A stretch of 53,123 nt of DNA from a virus (taxonomy: Duplodnaviria; Heunggongvirae; Uroviricota; Caudoviricetes), in IMG/VR virus record IMGVR_UViG_3300037067_027626; one strand, written 5' to 3'. Below the pieces are notes generated by a model. It was not told the DNA's origin, ran no database searches, and worked only from the letters and a program-made list of their open reading frames with translations. Positions 40,521-48,925 of the stretch are shown piece by piece. The position numbers were made by a program, and so were the translations under genes. Positions within the stretch are counted from its first letter, which is position 1; each line of letters starts with the position of its first letter.

Positions 40521-41262
40521 ATTTTCGCCCGAAGTAGAAGCTCAGATGGAAGAACTCGCCCGTGAATTTGTCGGGGCAGAGGAACTTCCCGAAATAGAGC
40601 CAATAGAACCCAAAGAGAAGGTCATTACAGAAATAACTAATGATGTAATGAAATCTGAGGAATTTAAGGCAAGGCTCAAAGAGAAGATTGATGTCTTAAA
40701 AGGTAATAAACCAAAATCACAAATTAAAGTGGAGCAAAAACCACAACAAAAACAAGAAGATGCTCCGCCCAAAAAAGAACCTGATGTAGAAGCACCGATA
40801 GATATACCTATGCTGAAAGAAGCCCGTAAACTATGTAGGACTTGTATGGTACGTAAGGATTGCACCTATATAAGAGAAGATGAATATTGTGATGAGGCTT
40901 TGGCTTGGGGGCAAAAACAGTTTGATGCTCTAAAGAGAAGCCGAATGATACAGAAACAGGGTGAAACCTTTGATACATCTTTAGTAAGACCGCCACAAAC
41001 TAATGTAGGGCAAAATCCTCAAGCAGTAAAGCAAAGTGGTATGGCAAAATTAACTAGCGGGTGGACAGGTATATTCTTAGCGGTGATATTATCTATCGGG
41101 ATAAGTTATGTATTCTTCAGCACCTTGTTTGTTACTAAAGTAAATAACCAGAAGAATATCGGGGCACTTCAAACACAACAAACTAATTTACAGACTAATG
41201 TAAAAGCGTTACAGCAACAGATTATTGACTTGCAAACACAAATTTCAGCAATTAAAAAATAA
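40498..41262 (+). CDS. Membrane protein: charged N-terminus, Cys cluster, C-terminal TM plus coiled coil
   Basis: CRTCMVRKDC...C; GIFLAVILSIGISYVFF; LQTQQTNLQTNVKALQQQI heptads. Confidence 0.65.
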   Translation: MTETQKVKFSPEVEAQMEELAREFVGAEELPEIEPIEPKEKVITEITNDVMKSEEFKARLKEKIDVLKGNKPKSQIKVEQKPQQKQEDAPPKKEPDVEAPIDIPMLKEARKLCRTCMVRKDCTYIREDEYCDEALAWGQKQFDALKRSRMIQKQGETFDTSLVRPPQTNVGQNPQAVKQSGMAKLTSGWTGIFLAVILSIGISYVFFSTLFVTKVNNQKNIGALQTQQTNLQTNVKALQQQIIDLQTQISAIKK

Positions 41263-41279
41263 AACATGGAGATATTAAA

Positions 41280-41675
41280 ATGAGTATTAAAGCATCCCTA
41301 ATAATATTATTGGTAGGATTAGCGTTAGTCGGTATAGGTATACCGTTTTTAATAAATAATGAAGTTACTTCATATCGGCAAGACGGTCAATTGATGTTTA
41401 ATACAGAACAGGAATACTCGCAATTTAAGCAAGTTATAGGAAATAATGAAGTAGAGATTATTGATGTAGATGCGTTATCATCTGCCCCGCCCATTGTAGT
41501 TCAGTACGATGTTATATATCCATCAGACTATGAATTTAATTATGAAGGGAATAAGACTACACAAAACGGGAAATATACAGAAATATATTTATCCTTATTT
41601 GTAATTGGCGGTATTTTGCTTTTGTTTGCTTTTGACAGAGGTGATAAGAGTGATAGTGGAATTAATACCGAATGA
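41280..41675 (+). CDS. 2-TM membrane protein with central soluble loop
   Basis: GGAG RBS; hydrophobic segments at both ends. Confidence 0.6.
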   Translation: MSIKASLIILLVGLALVGIGIPFLINNEVTSYRQDGQLMFNTEQEYSQFKQVIGNNEVEIIDVDALSSAPPIVVQYDVIYPSDYEFNYEGNKTTQNGKYTEIYLSLFVIGGILLLFAFDRGDKSDSGINTE

Positions 41676-41690
41676 ATAATTATAATACGC

Positions 41691-41965
41691 AAATAATTAA
41701 CGGAGGTAAATTGAATTGGCTAAATGGATTAAAAATAATAAATTGCTCGCATTATTTATATTCATTGGTATATTAGGGCTATCTAACTTTATTAACAATA
41801 TAATAGTTGCGTGGAATTTCCCAAGTGAAGAATGGGAAAGTTATATGTTAGGTGGTGGATTATGGTTTATGATATTATTGATGCCCTTATTAATATTTGG
41901 TGCGGCACATGCCTTGACAGAGGCTTTGAGAAAATAATTAACGGAGGTAAATTAAATTGGCTAAA
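41691..41965 (+). repeat. 34-bp direct repeat spanning RBS and start codon (41691-41724 and 41932-41965)
   Basis: AAATAATTAACGGAGGTAAATT(G/A)AATTGGCTAAA, 33/34 identical; partial third copy at 40284-40307. Confidence 0.8.
41716..41937 (+). CDS. Small 2-TM membrane protein
   Basis: TTG start inside the repeat; two hydrophobic segments. Confidence 0.6.
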   Translation: MAKWIKNNKLLALFIFIGILGLSNFINNIIVAWNFPSEEWESYMLGGGLWFMILLMPLLIFGAAHALTEALRK

Positions 41966-42277
41966 CCTAAGATTAAATTAATGGTACTCAAAGAAATGAG
42001 TGAATCAGCGATAAAGAGTTATGGAACTAATATAATAAATAAAAAGCGTGGTAAATTGTGGTTGGCAATATTAGTTATTTCTTTAGTTTGGTTTTTTGTT
42101 GCACTTCAGATGTTTAATGGTAATACTATCGGTGGGGCAATTATTATTATGACACCAATTATTGTTTGTATGTGTGCTTATTTTTATAGTGCTAATAAAA
42201 CTGGTACTATGCTGTGGAATAAAGTCAAGAACATGGAACAACCTATAAAGTTGGATGAAATACTTAAAGGTAAGTAA
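41957..42277 (+). CDS. 2-TM membrane protein
   Basis: TTG start inside the repeat; two hydrophobic segments. Confidence 0.6.
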   Translation: MAKPKIKLMVLKEMSESAIKSYGTNIINKKRGKLWLAILVISLVWFFVALQMFNGNTIGGAIIIMTPIIVCMCAYFYSANKTGTMLWNKVKNMEQPIKLDEILKGK

Positions 42278-42730
42278 ATGAGAAAGCGGATAATTAAAAG
42301 TATTATCTTTTTAGTAATAGGTCTAGTTACACTATTTATATTAAAGCCTATTGTTAATGAGGATATTAAAACTATAACAGATAATCCCGAATATAGTGGT
42401 ACATTTGTACAAGGTGTGATACAAATATTTCCTATTATGTTATTCGTTTGTCTTGCAATAGGTTCATTTGCTATAGGTCTAGGGAAAGATGTTGGACAAG
42501 AGATAGGCTATGATTGGAAATCATATGGAGAACGCCTAAAGTTAGCCTATGCCGCAAAGTTTGGCGGAAGAAATATGGGATTTGAGAATGAAGTCGATTA
42601 TAGAATAAAAATCATGATTGATACGGATAAAGGATTCGCAAGAGAAGTCGCTAAAGACTGGCTAAAGAGAATGTCAAAGTTTACTAGTATTGATTGGTTA
42701 TCTTTAGAGAATAGTAATGAGAAAGCATAG
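42278..42730 (+). CDS. Protein with N-terminal 2-TM hairpin and soluble C-terminus
   Basis: IIFLVIGLVTLFILKPIV...VIQIFPIMLFVCLAIG. Confidence 0.6.
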   Translation: MRKRIIKSIIFLVIGLVTLFILKPIVNEDIKTITDNPEYSGTFVQGVIQIFPIMLFVCLAIGSFAIGLGKDVGQEIGYDWKSYGERLKLAYAAKFGGRNMGFENEVDYRIKIMIDTDKGFAREVAKDWLKRMSKFTSIDWLSLENSNEKA

Positions 42731-42890
42731 ATATTTATGGGTTTTATTACTGATTATCCCACTAATATTCTTAACTTCATGCGATTTCATGTGGGATTTC
42801 GGAATAGTTAAAGTTCCTTCATTTCTAGTATATGCTGTAGTATTTTTTCTGTGTTTCTATGCTTGGTTTAGTAAAAAGAAAAAAGAATAA
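42717..42890 (+). CDS. Small membrane protein or lipoprotein (57 aa, absent from track)
   Basis: MRKHRYLWVLLLIIPLIFLTSCDF: lipobox-like LTS-C followed by a second hydrophobic segment. Confidence 0.45.
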   Translation: MRKHRYLWVLLLIIPLIFLTSCDFMWDFGIVKVPSFLVYAVVFFLCFYAWFSKKKKE

Positions 42891-42901
42891 GGAGGAAAAT
42901 T

Positions 42902-43090
42902 ATGGACTGGGTTAAAACCGTAAGTGGTGTATTTATATTCTTATTTTCGGTAACTATCTGTGTATTATTAGGGCATTTAGGAGTAGTTAGTTTGCTAATA
43001 AGTTCGATGGGTATGATTATTGGTATATTATTAATATTTAAGGGGGTTTTATGGTCTAAAAAGAAGGTTAATAGATATGGTAAACACTAA
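42902..43090 (+). CDS. Small 2-TM membrane protein
   Basis: AAGGAGG RBS; two hydrophobic segments. Confidence 0.6.
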   Translation: MDWVKTVSGVFIFLFSVTICVLLGHLGVVSLLISSMGMIIGILLIFKGVLWSKKKVNRYGKH

Positions 43091-43150
43091 TATTCAGTGC
43101 CTTAATCCGAATGTAATAGTAGTAAAATAAATAAAGGAGAATAATTAAAA

Positions 43151-43531
43151 ATGAAATTCAAAAAAGGTCAAAATGGTTTCACATTAATCGAGTTGCTTAT
43201 TGTTATTGCAGTCTTAGGTATTTTAGCGGCGATAACAATACCAAGTATTATCGGTATTACGACCTCTGCTAAAGTTGGTGCGGCAAATGCTGAATTAGCA
43301 AGTGTGCAAACAGCCGCTCAGGCATATGTAGCAGATAATAACGGATATCCATCCGACTCTACTTCATTAACAAACTATCTCAGTGGTGTTCCCCTTAAAG
43401 TCATATATAATATTAGTCTGACTGGTTTAGTTACGCCACAATCCTATATTGATGATAATACACCGATATCTTATGACGGTACTAATATTTATTGGGATGG
43501 AACTAATCATAAATGGATTAAGCATAATTAA
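43151..43531 (+). CDS. Type IV pilin (class III signal peptide)
   Basis: KKGQNG/FTLIELLIVIAVLGILAAITIP with G(-1), F1, E5; AAGGAG RBS. Confidence 0.93.
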   Translation: MKFKKGQNGFTLIELLIVIAVLGILAAITIPSIIGITTSAKVGAANAELASVQTAAQAYVADNNGYPSDSTSLTNYLSGVPLKVIYNISLTGLVTPQSYIDDNTPISYDGTNIYWDGTNHKWIKHN

Positions 43532-43816
43532 ATGATACGATGGTTGGTAAATCATAAGTTAGCCACAGGATTAATTATCTTAAATATTCTTGATGTGGTA
43601 TTAACCTTTACAATAGGTACTGGATTTGGCTCACATAAAGTATATGAGGGGAATCCACTTGGTTTGCCAACCATTATTATCTTAAAGACTATATTTGTGC
43701 CTCTAGTGATTTATCTGTGTGTTAAATACCACAAGAAGTTAGCCTTAATAATTACAAACACGATATATAGCGGTGTTATCACCATGTGGTTAATAATGTG
43801 GGTAATTATTCAATAA
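43532..43816 (+). CDS. DUF5658-like small membrane protein
   Basis: LNILDVVLT...YEGNP motif, three hydrophobic segments. Confidence 0.65.
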   Translation: MIRWLVNHKLATGLIILNILDVVLTFTIGTGFGSHKVYEGNPLGLPTIIILKTIFVPLVIYLCVKYHKKLALIITNTIYSGVITMWLIMWVIIQ

Positions 43817-43870
43817 AAGATAAATAGAAGTATTTAAAGATAAGACTTTAGTAAAATAGGAGAGTGATTA

Positions 43871-45157
43871 ATGACAACTGATGGTAATGAACAATATGAC
43901 CAACCGCCGAAGCCCAAGAGTAATTTACTTCAATATGTTTTAATGGCTGTTATTTCTATTATTGTGGTTATCGCCTTGAGTTATTTAGGGGTCACAGGAG
44001 TTACCAAGAATAACTTCAATCAATTAAATGTGGCACTATCGGATTCCATAGCAACAGTACAAACTGATGTGCAGACAGTAAAGGATGGCTTGACAAGCAC
44101 AACTGCACAGATAAATACCTTGAATACTCAATTAACAAAAGCAAGCAGTGATGTAACCACATTAAAGACGGATTTGAGTAAGTATGCTTTACTTACTGCA
44201 TTAGATGGCTATGTGAAAAACTCTGCATTAAGCGGATACGCCACAAATACGGCGGTAAATACTGCATTGGTTAATTATGCAAAATTGTCCGATGTAGATA
44301 CCGCAAATAATAATGTGAAGACAATGCAAACACAGTTAGCCAATGATGAGAAGACGATAAAGACACTACAGGATAGTTTGGCATCGCTGACCGCCTCTTA
44401 TACTACGATAAATTCCTCATTAGGCAAGTATGCTCTTAAAGACACTTATGATGCGAGCATAGCAAAACTTCAGAAGGATGTTGCGGATATACAGGCTAGT
44501 TTAAAAACCGTGAACGACAATATAACTTCCATGCAAACCTCAATAAAGTCATTGAGTACCTTACTGACTCAGAGCAATACGGATGTAGCACAGTTAAAGA
44601 CTGATGTGGCTAAATTAAAGACTGATTTAAGTACTTTACAGACTGTAGTGGCTAATCAAATTACTACTACTCCACCCGCTACTACGACAACCACAACCAC
44701 AGGAACAGTGTTCGCAAGTATATTGCCCAATGCCTTCACAGGTAGTACAAGAATGGATTTCCCCACAATGGGTGTAAGCACTACACAGAATAGGTCTTTC
44801 GTTATTAATATAAACGACAGTCTTACAAAGCCCATTACAAAGGTGCAGTTAGCTATAGGTTTTCAGATGACTGATACTAATAACAATGTCTCAGATGGGT
44901 TGCCTACAGGTGCATCAGTATCATTAGTAACAAGCGGTATGGCGGTTTCATGGGTACAGCAGAGTACAGGGATGCCATCGGTTATCGGTTTCATAAATAC
45001 TGTACCAACGGGACTATTTGCGGATATGGGTATAATATCACAGGGAGTAGGTTTATCATCATATAATTTCACCATATATATAACAACAGGTACGACAAAA
45101 CCCATTAATAACCCATTTTATTTATACCCTACAGTTAAAGTCATAGGATATTCATAA
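43871..45157 (+). CDS. Membrane-anchored fibre/adhesin: TM anchor, long coiled coil, Thr-rich linker, beta-rich head
   Basis: TM at residues ~18-41; LKTDV/LKTDL heptad repeats; TTTPPATTTTTTT linker; five N-x-S/T sequons. Confidence 0.72.
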   Translation: MTTDGNEQYDQPPKPKSNLLQYVLMAVISIIVVIALSYLGVTGVTKNNFNQLNVALSDSIATVQTDVQTVKDGLTSTTAQINTLNTQLTKASSDVTTLKTDLSKYALLTALDGYVKNSALSGYATNTAVNTALVNYAKLSDVDTANNNVKTMQTQLANDEKTIKTLQDSLASLTASYTTINSSLGKYALKDTYDASIAKLQKDVADIQASLKTVNDNITSMQTSIKSLSTLLTQSNTDVAQLKTDVAKLKTDLSTLQTVVANQITTTPPATTTTTTTGTVFASILPNAFTGSTRMDFPTMGVSTTQNRSFVININDSLTKPITKVQLAIGFQMTDTNNNVSDGLPTGASVSLVTSGMAVSWVQQSTGMPSVIGFINTVPTGLFADMGIISQGVGLSSYNFTIYITTGTTKPINNPFYLYPTVKVIGYS

Positions 45158-45180
45158 TAGTTTAAGATAGGGGGTATGTC

Positions 45181-45576
45181 ATGGTATTAACGAAACGGGA
45201 AATACAGATATTAAGATGTATTGCTAACGGGGATAAAGATATTGCTATTGCCCAAAAATGTAATACATCAATGGGTACGGTTAAAAATCAAGTTCACACA
45301 ATAATGGAAAAGATTGGAATACATAGTAGGTCTGAATTAATGTTCCAAGTTCTTAAAGAATACCATAAAGGCAGACCGTGTATATACAAAGATATAACTT
45401 GCCAAGAGGGATGGTGTACGGAATGTATGATTCCGTTGGATACGGGCGAGGATGATAAAGCACAAATTAAGAATACGATTAATATGCTGGAAGTGTCATT
45501 GAATCGTTCAATGAGTATTATTAATGAATTGAAATCATCCATTATGTGGAAATGGGAAACTCTAAAGCATGGATGA
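45181..45576 (+). CDS. LuxR-type HTH regulator with Cys-rich extension
   Basis: LTKREIQIL..IANG..D..IA.....S.GTVKNQVHTIMEKIG..SR; CIYKDITCQEGWCTEC. Confidence 0.85.
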   Translation: MVLTKREIQILRCIANGDKDIAIAQKCNTSMGTVKNQVHTIMEKIGIHSRSELMFQVLKEYHKGRPCIYKDITCQEGWCTECMIPLDTGEDDKAQIKNTINMLEVSLNRSMSIINELKSSIMWKWETLKHG

Positions 45577-46199
45577 TTGGTTTATTATGTTTGGTATTTG
45601 CGGCGACTATGTTCCCTGCTATATTTATGTCGATGGCAAATACCATCAATTCAAGTGCGACCACAACCACAGTTACTACAACTGTTATTATCGAAGGATT
45701 GAGTGAGAGTAGCAGTGAAGGAGAATTTGAGGTATTATCAGGTTTTGCTCCATCAAGACTAATAGATACGGGTATATTATCCGATGATGACGGATTAGTT
45801 GATATAATATTATCCTCAGATAAAGAGAGTTATAAAACAAATAATGATTTTACAATAGATATTATATTATCACCCGAATACGGGATGGAGATAGCGGGAA
45901 TACAATTTGATGTAATAATTGATGTAACTGCATTATATATCGAATTAGTAAACGAAGGAAATTATTTTAGGCAGGGAGTTAATATAGTTGACTTTGCTTA
46001 TGGGTATAAAGATATAAATACATTAAAGATAATGGCTTATATGGGTAGCCCTGACTTTATTTATAATAATAATGCGGGGATAGTAGTACAATTAAAATGC
46101 ACCGCATTAAATAATTTCACATTATCAAAGGCGGTGTCATTATCTAATATAATAATCGGCAATAAAGACGGGGTAGCATTGCCCTATGAGGTAAATTAA
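45546..46199 (+). CDS. Membrane-anchored cohesin-like domain protein
   Basis: N-terminal hydrophobic helix, Thr-rich linker, IAGIQFDV...VNEGNYF...IGNKDGVALP pattern of cohesin-like beta sandwiches. Confidence 0.6.
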   Translation: MEMGNSKAWMIGLLCLVFAATMFPAIFMSMANTINSSATTTTVTTTVIIEGLSESSSEGEFEVLSGFAPSRLIDTGILSDDDGLVDIILSSDKESYKTNNDFTIDIILSPEYGMEIAGIQFDVIIDVTALYIELVNEGNYFRQGVNIVDFAYGYKDINTLKIMAYMGSPDFIYNNNAGIVVQLKCTALNNFTLSKAVSLSNIIIGNKDGVALPYEVN

Positions 46200-46220
46200 A
46201 AATAAAGTCATAAAAAGGTA

Positions 46221-46249
46221 TTGACAAGTTAGATATTGTGTATTATATT
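46221..46249 (+). promoter_or_regulatory. sigma70-type promoter
   Basis: TTGACA 46221-46226, 17 bp, TATATT 46244-46249. Confidence 0.7.
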
Positions 46250-46255
46250 AGAAAT

Positions 46256-46418
46256 ATAGGGAAGTAACTTAACAACTTAATTTAATAGTAGCTCAATCCG
46301 TTACAAATGCGGATAATATTGGGCAAACCCCCCATTCTTATATAGTCTGAAAGCGACTTATGGGATACAATGAGGATTTAATTAAAAGATTCTTTATATG
46401 GGGGGTTTATTTATTTTC
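46256..46418 (+). ncRNA. Candidate structured small RNA or riboswitch-like leader
   Basis: ORF-free; hairpin 46291-46324; 11-bp stem AAACCCCCCAT/ATGGGGGGTTT (46325-46335/46398-46408) enclosing two hairpins; T-rich tail. Confidence 0.5.
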
Positions 46419-46429
46419 AAGAAAGGATA

Positions 46430-46457
46430 TTGACAAATAGGTTATTCGGATTATTAT
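46430..46457 (+). promoter_or_regulatory. sigma70-type promoter
   Basis: TTGACA 46430-46435, 16 bp, TATTAT 46452-46457; AGGAGG RBS at 46464. Confidence 0.55.
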
Positions 46458-46470
46458 AAAAGTAGGAGGT

Positions 46471-46659
46471 ATGATTATGGAAACTAAACAGAAATTATTG
46501 GCTATAGGTGGAACTTTAATTGTGGCTGGTATAATGTTAGGCGGTACGCTGTGTTCGTGTAACACACCAGAGAACGCCAAAGTTGCTCCAACCGAAGAAG
46601 TAACTACTATAGACCAATGGCAAGAAGCATTAGATAGTGGCTTAATTATTGGCGGGTAG
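46471..46659 (+). CDS. Small putative lipoprotein/exported peptide
   Basis: Hydrophobic N-terminus ending GGTLCSC; strong RBS. Confidence 0.55.
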   Translation: MIMETKQKLLAIGGTLIVAGIMLGGTLCSCNTPENAKVAPTEEVTTIDQWQEALDSGLIIGG

Positions 46660-46831
46660 GGCTTAATTCAGTAATATCCACTTCCTCTCTTTTCCACCAG
46701 CCAAGTTGCTCACTAAGGTTCTTAGAGAAAGTTGTCTCAGAACAATATATCTGTAATGCCTCATTCTCATCATGTGCTTTGCATTTTACTTCTTGCTGTG
46801 TTTTCTTGTGCTTTAATAAATACTCTTTCAT
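46646..46831 (-). CDS. Phage-type hypothetical protein
   Basis: AGGAGAGG RBS on the minus strand. Confidence 0.55.
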   Translation of the reverse strand: MKEYLLKHKKTQQEVKCKAHDENEALQIYCSETTFSKNLSEQLGWWKREEVDITELSPTRQ

Positions 46832-46841
46832 TACCTCTCCT

Positions 46842-47210
46842 TTATTTATAAGTTACTACCCAGTACCATCCATCCAACTTCTCTATGGCTTGTACTTTTG
46901 TAATTATGCGTTTGCCTCTTTTATTACCAGCCTTATACTTTGGTCTAACACGATAGATAGTGCCATGTTCCGCCCATTCATAAGGAACGTGTAAGTAATC
47001 ATAATATAATTGAGAACTATGGTCTATCCAAGGTTTAGGGGCTTTACTGTCAATGTTTACTTTTAATCCCCGAAATAGTTTTTGCAAATCTTGGGAATGA
47101 TAAGTTTCGCCCTTCCAATCAAATTTGCCCCAATCAAAATATTTACTCGGATAACCACATACCGTAGAATTATCGGGTGCTACTTTATATTCTTTTATTA
47201 GTTCACTCAT
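46842..47210 (-). CDS. Phage-type hypothetical protein
   Basis: Trp/Tyr-rich ORF in a tightly packed minus block; HGTIYRVRPKY. Confidence 0.6.
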   Translation of the reverse strand: MSELIKEYKVAPDNSTVCGYPSKYFDWGKFDWKGETYHSQDLQKLFRGLKVNIDSKAPKPWIDHSSQLYYDYLHVPYEWAEHGTIYRVRPKYKAGNKRGKRIITKVQAIEKLDGWYWVVTYK

Positions 47211-47219
47211 TATTAAAAC

Positions 47220-47522
47220 CTACCATTTAAACTTTAATTCATTACTAACCATTTCATCGTCAAAGTAATAATGTCCACCCCTATGTTCCTCTTTCCAATA
47301 TAAAGACCAAAATAAAAAGTTCTGTTGCAGGGCAATCATTATATCTTCGTTGCCCGACCAACCTCCAGTATGAAGTTCTAGTTTATGTGGCGATTTTTTA
47401 AAACCCCAATCATCATATTCCCAAATGGAATAAATGAAATCCAATAGTTCATTCACTGGCTTTTTGAGCAAATCGAACTCTTTTATAAATTGTAATTCTG
47501 TTTCAGTTGGATAGCGATTCAT
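47220..47522 (-). CDS. Conserved phage-type hypothetical protein
   Basis: MNRYPTETEL...ELHTGGWSGNEDI...GGHYYF; ATG 47522 preferred. Confidence 0.65.
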   Translation of the reverse strand: MNRYPTETELQFIKEFDLLKKPVNELLDFIYSIWEYDDWGFKKSPHKLELHTGGWSGNEDIMIALQQNFLFWSLYWKEEHRGGHYYFDDEMVSNELKFKW

Positions 47523-47654
47523 TATATTGCTCCATTCATTACCAAATATATAAAATAAGAAGTAATAGCCCAAATAACAACACCACCGAGCATAGAGAAG
47601 AATATTACTTTATCTTCCTTTGATAACTTTAAATAATACTTTCTTTTACTCATT

Positions 47655-47834
47655 TTATTTTTGCTCCTTATGGACAAACATCTTTATGATTAATAATATA
47701 TATGCAACAAACAGTAGGACTATACCAAAAAACAAACTACCAGCAGTTCGTTCATCTGTATAAACACTACTAATAAATAAAGTAAATATGATAACTAATA
47801 ACCCAGTAAGAGCATAAAATATTTTCCTTTTCAT
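47655..47834 (-). CDS. Small 2-TM membrane protein (59 aa, absent from track)
   Basis: Manual translation MKRKIFYALTGLLVIIFTLFISS...SLFFGIVLLFVAYILLII. Confidence 0.55.
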   Translation of the reverse strand: MKRKIFYALTGLLVIIFTLFISSVYTDERTAGSLFFGIVLLFVAYILLIIKMFVHKEQK

Positions 47835-47835
47835 A

Positions 47836-48060
47836 TTACTTATTCCCCAGTTTATTTATTGCCTCTTTAACTCTATCTTTATATTCTTTTGCTACTATAT
47901 CTTTATTGTCTGCGGGCAAACGCACCATTATCTTTTTAGTTATTCCAAGTTTCGCTATTATTGTGGCAAATTCCTGATGAAAAGCAAAACACCTATCATA
48001 TATAGCCGCTTTATTTGTTTTTGGGTCTATGAATATCAACCAATAACGTCTTTTACTCAT
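47836..48060 (-). CDS. Hypothetical protein
   Basis: GGAAGG RBS; contiguous packing. Confidence 0.55.
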   Translation of the reverse strand: MSKRRYWLIFIDPKTNKAAIYDRCFAFHQEFATIIAKLGITKKIMVRLPADNKDIVAKEYKDRVKEAINKLGNK

Positions 48061-48061
48061 T

Positions 48062-48421
48062 TTATTTTAACCTTCCTAAACATTCATTCCATTCAGTTTT
48101 ATATTTACGTTTTAGCATTGCGAGAATTTGTACAAGTATATCTTTGCGAGTTTCTTTGACTATTAATTCATCATTATGAGTTACGGACAATAGTGTATAG
48201 TCTAATATACTACCACCCTCTTTACCATTTGGATTACGTAATTTTGCTTTACCTAAATCACGTAATAAATTCCAACCTTTCCAACAATTCCAAGGTTGCT
48301 CATGAATTGATTCACTTAGTTGTCGTATTATATCAGATGTATTTGGAAATGAGGATATATTATTTTCCTTAAAATAAGTGAGCATTTTATTGGCGATTAA
48401 TAATTTATCATAAGGTCGCAT
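48062..48421 (-). CDS. Hypothetical protein, possible winged helix
   Basis: Contiguous packing; FPNTSDIIRQLSE..WNLLRDLG. Confidence 0.55.
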   Translation of the reverse strand: MRPYDKLLIANKMLTYFKENNISSFPNTSDIIRQLSESIHEQPWNCWKGWNLLRDLGKAKLRNPNGKEGGSILDYTLLSVTHNDELIVKETRKDILVQILAMLKRKYKTEWNECLGRLK

Positions 48422-48431
48422 CTTTATCTCT

Positions 48432-48902
48432 CTATTCGCTTAATATTTGTTCTACCCATTTTATAATGCGTTTTTCACTAGCATGTTGTCCATCCCATTC
48501 GCCTGTGTAATCATTACCTTTGCCTTTTTGTGCGGTATGGAATGAGCATTGTCCTTGTGGTGTTTCGATATATAAAATCCACTTATGGTATTCTTGTTTC
48601 GGGTCTTGTTTCCACCCCCATTTAATATTTAATTTATCAGCGTGTTCAATAAGAATATCACATAGATTATTCATCGACCACTGTTTTCGTTCATAAGCTA
48701 AGTCTTTAAAACTACCCAATCCTCTTACTCCGCCACGATATACTTTTGCTCTTACACTACACTTACATGTGCGGAATAAATTTAATGCGAGAAGACCTTG
48801 AATTCCATGTTTTTCTAATTCGGTATATAGTTTCTTGGTGTCTTCACCGTTAGAACCATAGTATACTTGAGAAACATCTAATGATATTTTATATTCTTGC
48901 AT
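48432..48902 (-). CDS. Conserved phage-type hypothetical protein
   Basis: RAKVYRGG...AYERKQWSM...LYIETPQGQCSFH...WDG. Confidence 0.65.
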   Translation of the reverse strand: MQEYKISLDVSQVYYGSNGEDTKKLYTELEKHGIQGLLALNLFRTCKCSVRAKVYRGGVRGLGSFKDLAYERKQWSMNNLCDILIEHADKLNIKWGWKQDPKQEYHKWILYIETPQGQCSFHTAQKGKGNDYTGEWDGQHASEKRIIKWVEQILSE

Positions 48903-48925
48903 ATTAAGTCTATCCTTCTGTAATA

